In this document: positions 1 through 10,100 of the stretch, one piece after another
Layout of the letters: every line of letters starts with the position of its first letter
How positions within the stretch are numbered: the first letter of the stretch is position 1
Source of the DNA: Bacteroidia bacterium
GTDB taxonomy: Bacteria; Bacteroidota; Bacteroidia; SXHM01
NCBI GenBank assembly: GCA_050186075.1
Contig: JBFWYU010000012.1
Span: 41,420-105,419 of the forward strand
Length of the DNA stretch: 64,000 bases
Direction: 5' to 3'
Notes under the pieces: generated by a model
What the model was told of the DNA's origin: nothing
Databases searched by the model: none
Seen by the model: the letters and a program-made list of their open reading frames with translations, nothing else
Program-made: the position numbers and the translations under genes

Positions 1-231
1 CATATTCATCATGAAGATGGTTGGGAGTCATTTTACGATAATCCAGTAGGGCTTATTAAATTTATGGAACGCAGACCAGGATTGGATTGGTACTCGGTTT
101 CAGAAACGGGAAAATGGCTGATAAAACATGGGAAAGGTTGGGGGCTTAATAAGCCTGATTGGGGGTATGCTAATGAACGGTTTAAAGAATATATCTTTGA
201 GCCTAGCAAACTAATGCAGGAAATCAATTGA
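1..231 (+). CDS. 3' end of an unidentified CDS entering from upstream of the window (76 codons: HIHHEDGWESFYDNPVGLIKFMERRPGLDWYSVSETGKWLIKHGKGWGLNKPDWGYANERFKEYIFEPSKLMQEIN*)
   Basis: Frame 1 is open from base 1 to TGA at 229-231. It is absent from the ORF track because its start lies outside the window. Its stop overlaps the TTG start of the next gene (TTGA), suggesting the same operon. No family recognised. Confidence 0.4.
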   Translation, partial: HIHHEDGWESFYDNPVGLIKFMERRPGLDWYSVSETGKWLIKHGKGWGLNKPDWGYANERFKEYIFEPSKLMQEIN

Positions 232-1325
232 AAAAAATAGGAATAATAGGAGTAGGGAAGTTAGGGTTATGTTTTGCATTAAATCTTGAAAAGGCGGGAT
301 ATGAAGTGCATGGTATTGATGTTTCGGAAGAATACATCAATTTACTTAACGCAAAAAACTTGAATTCCTCTGAACCAGAAGTAACGCAATTGCTTTCACA
401 GTCAAAAAATTTTTTTGCTAGTTCCAATATTAGTTCATTATTTAAAAAAGAGGTAGAAGATGTTTTTATTATGGTGGCAACACCTTCTTTGGCTGACGGT
501 ACGTATAATCATTCACAGATAGAAAAAGTTACAGACGAATTGATTACCTTAGGGAAAAGTGAGCGTGTGGTTCATCTTTACATTGGATGCACTACTATGC
601 CGTCTTATTGTGATGAATTGGCAGAAAAAATGAAGCCTTACAATTACACTATTTCGTATAATCCTGAGTTTATTGCACAGGGAAACATTATTCATAATCA
701 ACTATATCCTGATCAGGTATTGATTGGCGAAGCAGACGTTAAAGTTGGAGACAGATTGGAGGAGATTTATAAAAAAATGGTGAAGAACACCCCTGTTTTT
801 TGTCGCATGGATAGATTGAGTGCAGAGATTGCAAAACTTGCTACTAATTGTTTCCTTACTACCAAAATTTCGTTTGCAAATTCAATTGGCGATTTAGCAA
901 TTAAATCAGGTGCAGATTATGAAAAGATTTTATCAGCCATTGGAGCCGATTCAAGAATTGGAAGAAAATATTTGAATTATGGTTTTGGTTTTGGCGGTCC
1001 CTGTTTCCCCAGGGATAACAGAGCTTTAGGGGTTTTTGCTCAAAATAAAAATTATAATCTTACCATAAGTGAAGCAACTGATATGGTCAACAAAAGTCAC
1101 CTTGAATTTCAGTTGCAATACTACCTTGAAAAATATCAGCCAGATGAGCCAATATATTTTGATCATGTATCCTATAAGCAAGGTTCGGTTATTATTGAAG
1201 AATCCCAACAACTGGCATTAGCAGTAAAACTTGCCAGAGCTGGGCGAAAGGTTATCGTAAGCGACAGAAATGAGGTGAAAGCTGAAGTGGAAAAAATTTA
1301 TCCAGGCCTATTGCAGTTTCAGTAA
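228..1325 (+). CDS. UDP-glucose/GDP-mannose dehydrogenase family nucleotide-sugar dehydrogenase
   Basis: N-terminal Rossmann motif KIGIIGVGKLGLCFALNL, with the TTG start needed to include it. Catalytic-Cys block GFGFGGPCFPRDNRAL resembles the GGxCxxKD motif of UDP-sugar 6-dehydrogenases. 365 aa. Confidence 0.8.
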   Translation: MKKIGIIGVGKLGLCFALNLEKAGYEVHGIDVSEEYINLLNAKNLNSSEPEVTQLLSQSKNFFASSNISSLFKKEVEDVFIMVATPSLADGTYNHSQIEKVTDELITLGKSERVVHLYIGCTTMPSYCDELAEKMKPYNYTISYNPEFIAQGNIIHNQLYPDQVLIGEADVKVGDRLEEIYKKMVKNTPVFCRMDRLSAEIAKLATNCFLTTKISFANSIGDLAIKSGADYEKILSAIGADSRIGRKYLNYGFGFGGPCFPRDNRALGVFAQNKNYNLTISEATDMVNKSHLEFQLQYYLEKYQPDEPIYFDHVSYKQGSVIIEESQQLALAVKLARAGRKVIVSDRNEVKAEVEKIYPGLLQFQ

Positions 1326-1338
1326 ACAAACATAAATT

Positions 1339-4173
1339 TTGGGGCAACCAATAACCACATTAAATCATCCCTTACTCAGGACTCGGAACATACTACTGTT
1401 CACCCTCCTGTTTTGTTTATTGTTATATGGTAATACGTTGAGAAACGGTTATAACATGGATGACGAGTTGGTTACCATCAGTCATCGCCTTACTTCAAAA
1501 GGTATAAGTGCAATACCCAAAATCTTTACATCTTACTATTATGAAGATGAGATGGGCTACAAATATGAATACCGTCCGGTAACACTTACAACATTTGCAA
1601 TAGAACACCAATTTTTTGGCGAAAAACCATTTGTAAGTCATTTAATAAACCTATTACTCTATTTTATTTGTTGCTGTCTATTTATTGTGGTTTTAAAACA
1701 ATTATTTGTAGGTTTTAATGAAATATTTATACTGCTTACTATATTGATTTTTATAGTTCATCCGTTGCATACAGAAGCAATTGCCAGTATAAAAAACAGA
1801 GATGAAATATTGGCATTAATTTTTGCATTACTTGCTTTGTATCAAAGTATATTATTCTCCATCAAAGGAGAAATTTGGAGAATTCTACTATCTGTATTTT
1901 TTTTGATTCTTGGGTTGCTTTCAAAATCATCTTCTGCATCCTTTCTTGTAATTATTCCTTCTACAAGTGTTTTGACACACAAAATTGATTTTAAGAGGAC
2001 AGGCATTCTGCTTTTTTCAGTTTCTATTGTTTTACTTGTCTATTTAGTCTTAAAAGAGTACCCATTAAAATGGTATATTTATTTTATCACCGCGACACTT
2101 ACTCTGCTTTCCTCAATTATTTTTATTCGAAAACCTGATTCTCTTTTCATAGTTATTCGGAAAATAAGTCCAATAGGATTTCCTTACAATACTCCATTTG
2201 TCAAATCCTCATTTTCCGAAATAAAATTATATGATATTTTGCTTTATGTATTTGTTATTTCACTATGTTTTTTTGCATTTACAAAGAACAATTACATGAT
2301 TTTGCTTTTACCATTAGTACTACTTCTTTATTCTACGTATTGGGCAAAAAACTATCGTTTTGATCTTACTTTACTTGTAAGTTTTCTTCTGATATTCTGC
2401 ATGTTTACTCACCATTCCATATATGCATTATTGTTCGTATTCGTTTATGTTGTCTTAATAAAAGATATACTTGGAAGCGCCTCATGGAAGTGGTATATTC
2501 CTATGGGTTTGATAACGGTAGCAGTTTATTTCAAATGCTACTTAAACGGCTCGATTAGTAGTGCACATATTATTTTATCGTATGGTTTATTTTATATTGC
2601 AGGAGAGTTTATTAGGTGGAGACATTTAAAAATAGCATTATGGATTGTGGCTATTATTATACATGTTTATATAGCTTTTAGGCTTAACGAATTTTTATAT
2701 CTCAGAGATATTTTTATTTTCATTATTCTGCTTGGATTTGCAATATCGGACTTGCAAATTTCAAAAAGATTGAAAAAAAAGGTATTGTTAATATTTTCTT
2801 TTTTTGTGCTATTGGCTTTTATTGCTGACATTACAGACAAAAAGGAATTTGATTTACATTTCGTAAAAGTCGTTAATATAAAACGAAAGTTGAATATCAT
2901 AGCTCAACCGATATTATTTTCAGAGCGAACAGTCAATAATAAAATATCTGTTCAACAAAAGGAGACAAACGTTTCAGTTGCAAATAAAGAAGACAGGCCG
3001 CTTGATTTTGTCGAATTCCCTCTTAGATTTAGCCCAACCTTAGAAGATAAAATTGGTACGACAGCATTCGTGTTAGGCTATTACTTGAAAATGATGTTTC
3101 TGCCTTACCCTATGTGTTTTTATTATGGGTACAATAAAATTAATGTAGTTCCAATATCGAATCTATGGGCAATTTTATCTGTTATTTTGCATCTCCTAAT
3201 TGGTATATCTGGTCTGTATTTTATTCGAATTCACCCTGTTTATAGTATTGGTGTTCTCGCTTACCTGTCGTCTATCTTTTTGTTCTCAAATCTTGCATCC
3301 CCTGTTGCCGGAATGATTGGCGACAGGTTGACTTTTACAGCCTCTTTTGGATTTTGTATTGCAGTTGGTTATGGATTAAGTCGTTTGTACGAGATGTTTA
3401 GTTTTGGGAAAAGAAAAGTTTTTATTGGAATATTTGCCATAGTTATAGTTGCTTATTCAATTTTCACGATTTCACGAAATGCTCAGTGGAAAGACCATTT
3501 AACACTTTACAGACACGACATTAAATATCTTGAAAAATCTGCACAAGCAAACAACTTATTAGCTACAAGACTGGTTTTCGAGTCAAATAAATCAAAAAAA
3601 ACAACTGATCAGGAAAAACTAAGGCGGGAAGCCATAATCTACTATCACCGTTCGTTGGAAATTTACCCTTCCTTTTTCAATGCTCAGTATAATTTAGCTC
3701 GTACGTATGAATTATTAAGAGAAGGCGAAAATGCTATTCGTGAATATGAAAAAACAATTGCACTTGATTCTCTTTTTATTTCTCCCTATATTCAAATTGC
3801 TCTTATTTATGAGGCTATGAATCAGCCTCATAAATCGATAGTATACTATCAAAAACTTTTAGAGGTATCCCCGAATGATTTTCAGGTTTACAATAATTTG
3901 AGTGCGTTGCAATTTAAGATTGGTAATTTCAGCGAAGCAATAAAAACCAACCTGAAAGCAGTTGATCGTTTTCCATTTGCTTACGAACCGGTTGTAAACA
4001 TAGGAAAAACCTATTTCACAATGGGAGATAAAAAAAATGCACTAATTTATTTTGAAAAGGCATATAAGATAAATAGTTCAGACCCCAATCTGAGTGCAAC
4101 TATTATTTCAATTTGTAAAGAGTTTGGTGATTTTGAAAAAGCAAATTATTACATTCGATTAACAAAGCAGTAA
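1339..4173 (+). CDS. TMTC-like polytopic GT-C-type putative protein O-glycosyltransferase with C-terminal TPR repeats (DUF1736-like), paralogue 1
   Basis: 944 aa with many hydrophobic helices. Motifs GYNMDDELVTISHRL, YRPVTLTTFAIEHQFFG, FVSHLINLLLY, VHPLHTEAIASIKNRDEILAL and FLPYPMCFYYGYNK. C-terminal TPR-like repeats from about aa 735 (IYYHRSLEIYPSFFNAQYNLARTY, ALIYFEKAYKIN). TTG start; exact start uncertain. Confidence 0.7.
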   Translation: MGQPITTLNHPLLRTRNILLFTLLFCLLLYGNTLRNGYNMDDELVTISHRLTSKGISAIPKIFTSYYYEDEMGYKYEYRPVTLTTFAIEHQFFGEKPFVSHLINLLLYFICCCLFIVVLKQLFVGFNEIFILLTILIFIVHPLHTEAIASIKNRDEILALIFALLALYQSILFSIKGEIWRILLSVFFLILGLLSKSSSASFLVIIPSTSVLTHKIDFKRTGILLFSVSIVLLVYLVLKEYPLKWYIYFITATLTLLSSIIFIRKPDSLFIVIRKISPIGFPYNTPFVKSSFSEIKLYDILLYVFVISLCFFAFTKNNYMILLLPLVLLLYSTYWAKNYRFDLTLLVSFLLIFCMFTHHSIYALLFVFVYVVLIKDILGSASWKWYIPMGLITVAVYFKCYLNGSISSAHIILSYGLFYIAGEFIRWRHLKIALWIVAIIIHVYIAFRLNEFLYLRDIFIFIILLGFAISDLQISKRLKKKVLLIFSFFVLLAFIADITDKKEFDLHFVKVVNIKRKLNIIAQPILFSERTVNNKISVQQKETNVSVANKEDRPLDFVEFPLRFSPTLEDKIGTTAFVLGYYLKMMFLPYPMCFYYGYNKINVVPISNLWAILSVILHLLIGISGLYFIRIHPVYSIGVLAYLSSIFLFSNLASPVAGMIGDRLTFTASFGFCIAVGYGLSRLYEMFSFGKRKVFIGIFAIVIVAYSIFTISRNAQWKDHLTLYRHDIKYLEKSAQANNLLATRLVFESNKSKKTTDQEKLRREAIIYYHRSLEIYPSFFNAQYNLARTYELLREGENAIREYEKTIALDSLFISPYIQIALIYEAMNQPHKSIVYYQKLLEVSPNDFQVYNNLSALQFKIGNFSEAIKTNLKAVDRFPFAYEPVVNIGKTYFTMGDKKNALIYFEKAYKINSSDPNLSATIISICKEFGDFEKANYYIRLTKQ

Positions 4174-4189
4174 TTACAATTAAAAAAAT

Positions 4190-7018
4190 TTGTCAAGTAT
4201 TTTATTTTTCCACAATAAGCCTTTCTTTTCCGGTCGAAAATTTATAGGACTTTCAGTTGCTATCACAGTCTTATTATACTTTAACACGTTATTTAATGGT
4301 TATAATGTTGATGATGATCTTGTAACTATTAATCATCGGCTAACATCAAAAGGTATATCAGCAATACTGGAAATATTTACAAGTCCCTATTTCCAAGATG
4401 AAATGAAATATTCGTTTGAATACCGGCCAATTACACTTACAAGTTTTGCTATTGAATATCATTTTTTTGGAGATAATCCTTTTGTAAGCCATTTAATAAA
4501 TTTATTTTTATATGTTTTTTGCGTTATAGTTTTTATAAAAATAATGAGGCAACTTACTTTTGAACAAAACAACTTGTTATTAATAATATCTACTTTAATA
4601 TTTATTGTTCATCCCATGCACACCGAAGTAGTGGCAAGTATTAAAAATAGGGATGAACTATTAAGTTTATTGTTCGCGATGCTTGCGTTCTATAATGCAA
4701 TATTATTTGTTAAGAATAACGGGTTTCTAAATCTTCTATTAATAGTTATCTTCTTCTTGTTTGGAGTATTGTCTAAAAATTCATGCTTGCCATTCTATTT
4801 TGTTATTCCTGTCGGAATTTTTATGTTATGTCCGGAGTACATTAAAAAAGTTTTTGTAATAGTAGGGTGTTTATCGTTGGTAATTTTATTTTTTATAATT
4901 ATAAAAGGATACCCGTTGTTGTGGGCAGGATATGTAATTATAATTCAAATTGCATTAGTTTTTTCTGTTTTTCTATTTCGCAATAAAGAGATACCCATAA
5001 AAATCTGGAGAGTTGTAAAACCATCGCTAAAATTTTCAAATGAAATATCGATTAATATAACTTCGATTGAAATTAATTGGATAAATTTATTCGTTTATTT
5101 TTTTACAGTTATGTCTGTTTTTACCGCTTATGTAGTTGGTAATTTCATTATTGTAATACCTGCATTGCTTTTATTGCAATTTTCAATTTATTGGACAAAA
5201 AAAATAAGAATAGATTACCTTATCCTTTTGTTGTTGATATATGCATTTTCAATTTTTTATGGAAGTTTAAACTTTACAGTGCTTTTATTTCTATCTTACC
5301 TACAACTAGTATTGCCAACCGCTCAAAAAAATGTCAGATATATTTTTCTATTTTTTGCATCGCTAATATATACTGTGCTTTTAATGAGAGATCAAAATTA
5401 TCCTCACCTGATTATTCTTGGCATATTTTTTCTTTCAGAATATTTAGCAAATGAATTGACGAACAAACGAATCATATCTTATTTCTGGATAGTTATTTTA
5501 ATTACAGTTTGTGTTTTATTTGGATTTAGCTATTCTTCTAAATTTTCGATTGAAGATATTTACATACTAATGATGTTAGTTTTGTGGGCTTTGCCTACCT
5601 TTTTTAAACAATTTTTATGGTTCAAAATTGTTCCTGTGATTATTAGTTTACTTGCATTATTAACCATAGATACTGCAATAAAGCATGACGACTTTTTAGT
5701 TGATTTGAGAAGCAAAAAAGATTATAAAATCTTTAAAAACGATATGGTCGATAATAAATTGGATTATCTCCTAATTCAAACTAATAAACCTGTAAATAAT
5801 TCAGTTTTTGCTAAAATACAAACCGAAGATCGTCCTCTTGATTTTATAGAATTTCCATTAGGTTTTAGTCCTACAATTTCAGAAAAAATAGGCACTATAT
5901 CTTATGTATTGGGTTATTATTTTAAAATGATGTTTGTTCCCTATCCTATGTGTTACTACTATGGATTTAATAAGGTAAATAGTAAAAATATATCGAATCC
6001 ATGGGCAATATTATCTATTGCAGTTTATTTAATATTGGTTCTTAGCGCTGTTTATTTTTTTAATAAGCACCCGATATATTCTTTTGCAGTTTTTTCATAT
6101 TTGGCATCTATTTTTTTGTTTTCCAACATGGTTTCCCCTGTAGCCGGAATGATTGGCGACAGACTAACATTTGTGGCTTCATTTGGGTTTTGTATTGCGA
6201 TAGGATATGTAATAAGTTCAGTCTACCTTTCAACTTCAAACTACCGCAAGAAGGTGATTTTAATTTTATTTTTCATTGTGATGTTGACGTATTCGGGAAC
6301 TACAATTGCGAGAAATGCCCAATGGAAAAATCATATGATACTGTTTAAGCATGATATAAAACATCTGGAAAATTCAGCTCAGGCACATAACCTTTTAGCC
6401 AAAAGGCTTTTGTTGGAATCCTTTAAGGAAAAATCGCCTAAAAAACAGCAAGAAATGAGGGAGGAAGGAGTAAAACATTTTGAACGTGCATTGGAAATTT
6501 ATCCAGAATTTTTTAACCCAATGGTTGATCTTGGCAAAGCATATTTACTATTAGATCGTTTTGATGATGCATCAACATCATACCTCAAGGCTTATCAATT
6601 AGATTCAACCTATTTAGACGCATTACTTCAAGCCGGGGGTATTTTTATGAAAACAAATAAGCTGCAACAAGCGGCTAACTGTATAGAAACAGTTATCCGA
6701 AAAGACAATAAACATCTTCAGGCAAGAACCACATTAAGTGAAGTTTATTTCAGACAAAATGAAATTGAAAAATCAATTGAGCTCAATAAAAAGACAATTG
6801 AACTATTTCCGGCAATTTATGGGCCAGTTGTAAACCTTGCAAAAATATATTTCGCTACTGGAGATAAAAATAATGCTTTAATCTATTTTGAGAAGGCATA
6901 CAAAATAAACCCGTCTGAAAGAAACCTGATATTAACAATGGCCAATATTTATAAAGAATTTGGTGAAAATCAAAAGGCCGATTATTATTTTTCTTTGGTT
7001 AATCAACAACCCCGTTGA
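4190..7018 (+). CDS. TMTC-like polytopic GT-C-type putative protein O-glycosyltransferase with C-terminal TPR repeats, paralogue 2
   Basis: 942 aa, colinear with the preceding ORF. Motifs GYNVDDDLVTINHRL, YRPITLTSFAIEYHFFG, FVSHLINLFLY, VHPMHTEVVASIKNRDELLSL, FVPYPMCYYYGFNK, AGMIGDRLTFVASFGFCIA and ALIYFEKAYKIN. TTG start; 16-nt gap from paralogue 1. Confidence 0.7.
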   Translation: MSSILFFHNKPFFSGRKFIGLSVAITVLLYFNTLFNGYNVDDDLVTINHRLTSKGISAILEIFTSPYFQDEMKYSFEYRPITLTSFAIEYHFFGDNPFVSHLINLFLYVFCVIVFIKIMRQLTFEQNNLLLIISTLIFIVHPMHTEVVASIKNRDELLSLLFAMLAFYNAILFVKNNGFLNLLLIVIFFLFGVLSKNSCLPFYFVIPVGIFMLCPEYIKKVFVIVGCLSLVILFFIIIKGYPLLWAGYVIIIQIALVFSVFLFRNKEIPIKIWRVVKPSLKFSNEISINITSIEINWINLFVYFFTVMSVFTAYVVGNFIIVIPALLLLQFSIYWTKKIRIDYLILLLLIYAFSIFYGSLNFTVLLFLSYLQLVLPTAQKNVRYIFLFFASLIYTVLLMRDQNYPHLIILGIFFLSEYLANELTNKRIISYFWIVILITVCVLFGFSYSSKFSIEDIYILMMLVLWALPTFFKQFLWFKIVPVIISLLALLTIDTAIKHDDFLVDLRSKKDYKIFKNDMVDNKLDYLLIQTNKPVNNSVFAKIQTEDRPLDFIEFPLGFSPTISEKIGTISYVLGYYFKMMFVPYPMCYYYGFNKVNSKNISNPWAILSIAVYLILVLSAVYFFNKHPIYSFAVFSYLASIFLFSNMVSPVAGMIGDRLTFVASFGFCIAIGYVISSVYLSTSNYRKKVILILFFIVMLTYSGTTIARNAQWKNHMILFKHDIKHLENSAQAHNLLAKRLLLESFKEKSPKKQQEMREEGVKHFERALEIYPEFFNPMVDLGKAYLLLDRFDDASTSYLKAYQLDSTYLDALLQAGGIFMKTNKLQQAANCIETVIRKDNKHLQARTTLSEVYFRQNEIEKSIELNKKTIELFPAIYGPVVNLAKIYFATGDKNNALIYFEKAYKINPSERNLILTMANIYKEFGENQKADYYFSLVNQQPR

Positions 7019-7107
7019 TATTTAAATCAAAGATAATTTGGTAATATGCCGAATAACCTATAAAATTGCTGTTTCAAGAACTACCTTTAATTATACCCAT
7101 ACCTACC

Positions 7108-10100
7108 ATGAATAGATTTATACGCGTTTTATCCTCGTTTTTATTGTCAGGTTTATTCCTGATTACTTTTAGTCAAACAGCCTCTTCTCAACCTTGCTCA
7201 TGGAGTGGTTTTTCTGGAACTAACTATCCATTAATTCCTTGTGGTAGTTTTTCTGGAAATATATTGGTAGGAAGCGGAACGTATACTTATTTTACAGCCT
7301 ATGCAGGAGCTAGCTACACTGTAAGTACATGCGGTAGCCCATTTGATACTCAACTATCAATATATGATGCAAACCCAGCCTGGAGTTACCGAACAGGGAA
7401 TAATGATAATGGCCCAGATTGTGGGGGGGCACAGGCATCTGTTACATGGACAGCAACTTACACTGGTGATCACATTGCAATTGTAAACAGAGCTAATTGT
7501 CAACAACATGATTTTACTGGCCAATCGGCTATATTAAAATTCAGACAAAATCCACCAACGCTTTCCGATCCGGCTTCTCCTGTTTGCCCTGGAAATCAAC
7601 AAACAATAACGTCTAATCAGTCAGGTGGAACATGGTCTGCAAACGGTGGTTCAATCACATCTGGAGGTGTTTATACCGCTCCATCAACACCAGGAACATA
7701 TACCATTACTTACACTATCGGTAATTGTGCAGTTACTAAAAATGTTACGGTCAACACACTTTCAGTTGCTCCAACAAGTATAGGAACAACACTAAATCCA
7801 ATTTGTCCTGGTCAGTCTACAACACTCTCTGTTAGTGGTGGAAGTTTAGGCTCAGGAGCTGTATGGAACTGGTATTCTGGAAGTTGTGGAGGAACATTTT
7901 TAGGAACCGGAACTTCAATTTCAGTTTCTCCAAGCACTACTACTACTTACTTCGTAAGAGCTGCAGGCACTTGTAATACGACAGCTTGTGCTTCAACAAC
8001 AGTAAATGTTCAAAGTAACTCTTCTGTTACAAATGCAACTGCAACACCAACAACAATTTGTGTCGGTCAATCCAGTACTCTCTCTGTAACCGGTTCACTT
8101 GGAACAGGTGCAACCTGGAACTGGTATACCGGAAGTTGCGGTGGTACTTTGGTAGGTCAAGGTGCTTCAATAAATGTAAGCCCTACATCATCTACCACTT
8201 ATTTTGTACGTGCAATCGGCACTTGTAATACAACTCCTTGTGCTTCAACTTCTGTATCGGTTAATCCATTGCCGGGAGTTTCATTTGCTCCTCCTGGCGG
8301 ACCATTTTGCGCAAGTCAGACAACCCCTGTTACTCTTGCAGCAGCTCCGGCCGGAGGAACTTTCAGCGGTAATGGTGTTATTGGAAATACATTTACTCCT
8401 GCAAATGCTGCAGTGGGTAACAATACATTAACATACACTTACACCGATGGAAATGGTTGCACCAACACTGCCCAACAGGTTGTTCTCATTACAGGTCTTC
8501 CGTCAGTTTCATTTACTGGCCTTGCCGGACCGTATTGCGTAAGTCAGACTACTCCTGTTGCTTTAGATGGTAATCAAAACGGAGGAACTTATACAGGCCC
8601 GGGAATTACAAACTTAGGAAGCGGCAATGCAAATTTTAATCCTTCAACGGCAGGCGCAGGGGTCCATAGCATCACCTATTCTTATACGGATGGAAACGGT
8701 TGTGTAAGTTCACAAACGCAATCAGTTCAGGTTATTGCATTGCCAACAGTTCAGATAAGCGGATTGGCTGCTTCTTATTGCGTAAGCAATGCTCCTGTAC
8801 AACTTACGGGCTTCCCGGCAGGCGGAACTTTTTCAGGAACAGGAGTTACATCAGGTGGTTTATTTTCACCTTCTACAGGAACGGGAAATTATACAATTAC
8901 TTATACTTATACAAACGGAAACGGATGTACTAACAGCACACAAGCATCTACAGTTGTTAATGCACTTCCTACTGTTTCTTTTTCAGGATTTAGTGGTAGC
9001 TCATACTGTTTAAATGCAGCTGTAGTTAACTTAACAGGAAATCCAGCAGGTGGAACATTCAGCGGACCGGGAGTAACCGGGTCAGGAGCATTTACACCCG
9101 CTACGGCAGGCCTTGGAACGCATACAATAGTTTACACTTATACAAACGGAAACGGATGTACGAATACATCTTCACAAACGGTAACTGTTGTATCAGTGCC
9201 TACAGTTACTTTTTCAGGATTGGCAGGAGATTATTGCGTAAATGATTTTCCGGTTCTTTTAACAGGAAATCAATCGGGTGGAACATTTTCAGGTCCCGGA
9301 ATAACTAACCAAGGCCCCGGAATTGCACAGTTCAGCCCAACACAAGCGGGAATAGGTGGCTCATACGACATTACCTATTCTTATTCTGATGGCAATGGTT
9401 GCTCTGGAAGTCAAACACAACAAACAGTTGTTCACCCTCAGCCCGTTGTTGATTTCAGCGGATTAGATGCAGCATACTGTGTTGATGCTTCTTTGGTAAC
9501 ACTAAGCGGAAGTCATGCCCCCGGTGGTTCATTTACAGGAACAGGAGTTACAGATAACGGAAACGGAACAGCAACTTTTGATGCAGCAGCAGCAGGTGTT
9601 GGCGGACCTTACACCATTTCATATTCTTATACAGATGGTTTCGGTTGCTCAAGTTCAATCAGCGAAACAACTTTGGTGAATGATACACCAAGTGTAACTT
9701 TTACAGGATACATGGATCTTTGTATTGATCAGCCGCCACTTGTTCTTACGGGAACACCTTCAGGAGGTATCTTTACAGGAAATGGAATAAGCGGAAATGC
9801 TTTCTATCCGGCTGTTGCAGGTTTAGGCGATCACCTTGTAACCTATACCTATAATGATGGAAACGGATGTGAGGGTTTATTCTCAGCCATAATAAGGGTT
9901 TATGATATTCCACAGGTTACTCAACAACCACAAGATATTCAAGTTTGTCCGGGAGATAACGCAACATTTACAGTGGCTGCCATTGGTTTAGGTTTAACTT
10001 ATCAGTGGCAGTTGAACGATGGAAATGGTTTTGTAAACGTAAACAATGGCGGAATATACAGTGGTGCTACTTCACCATCATTAACTCTTAACGGAGTACC

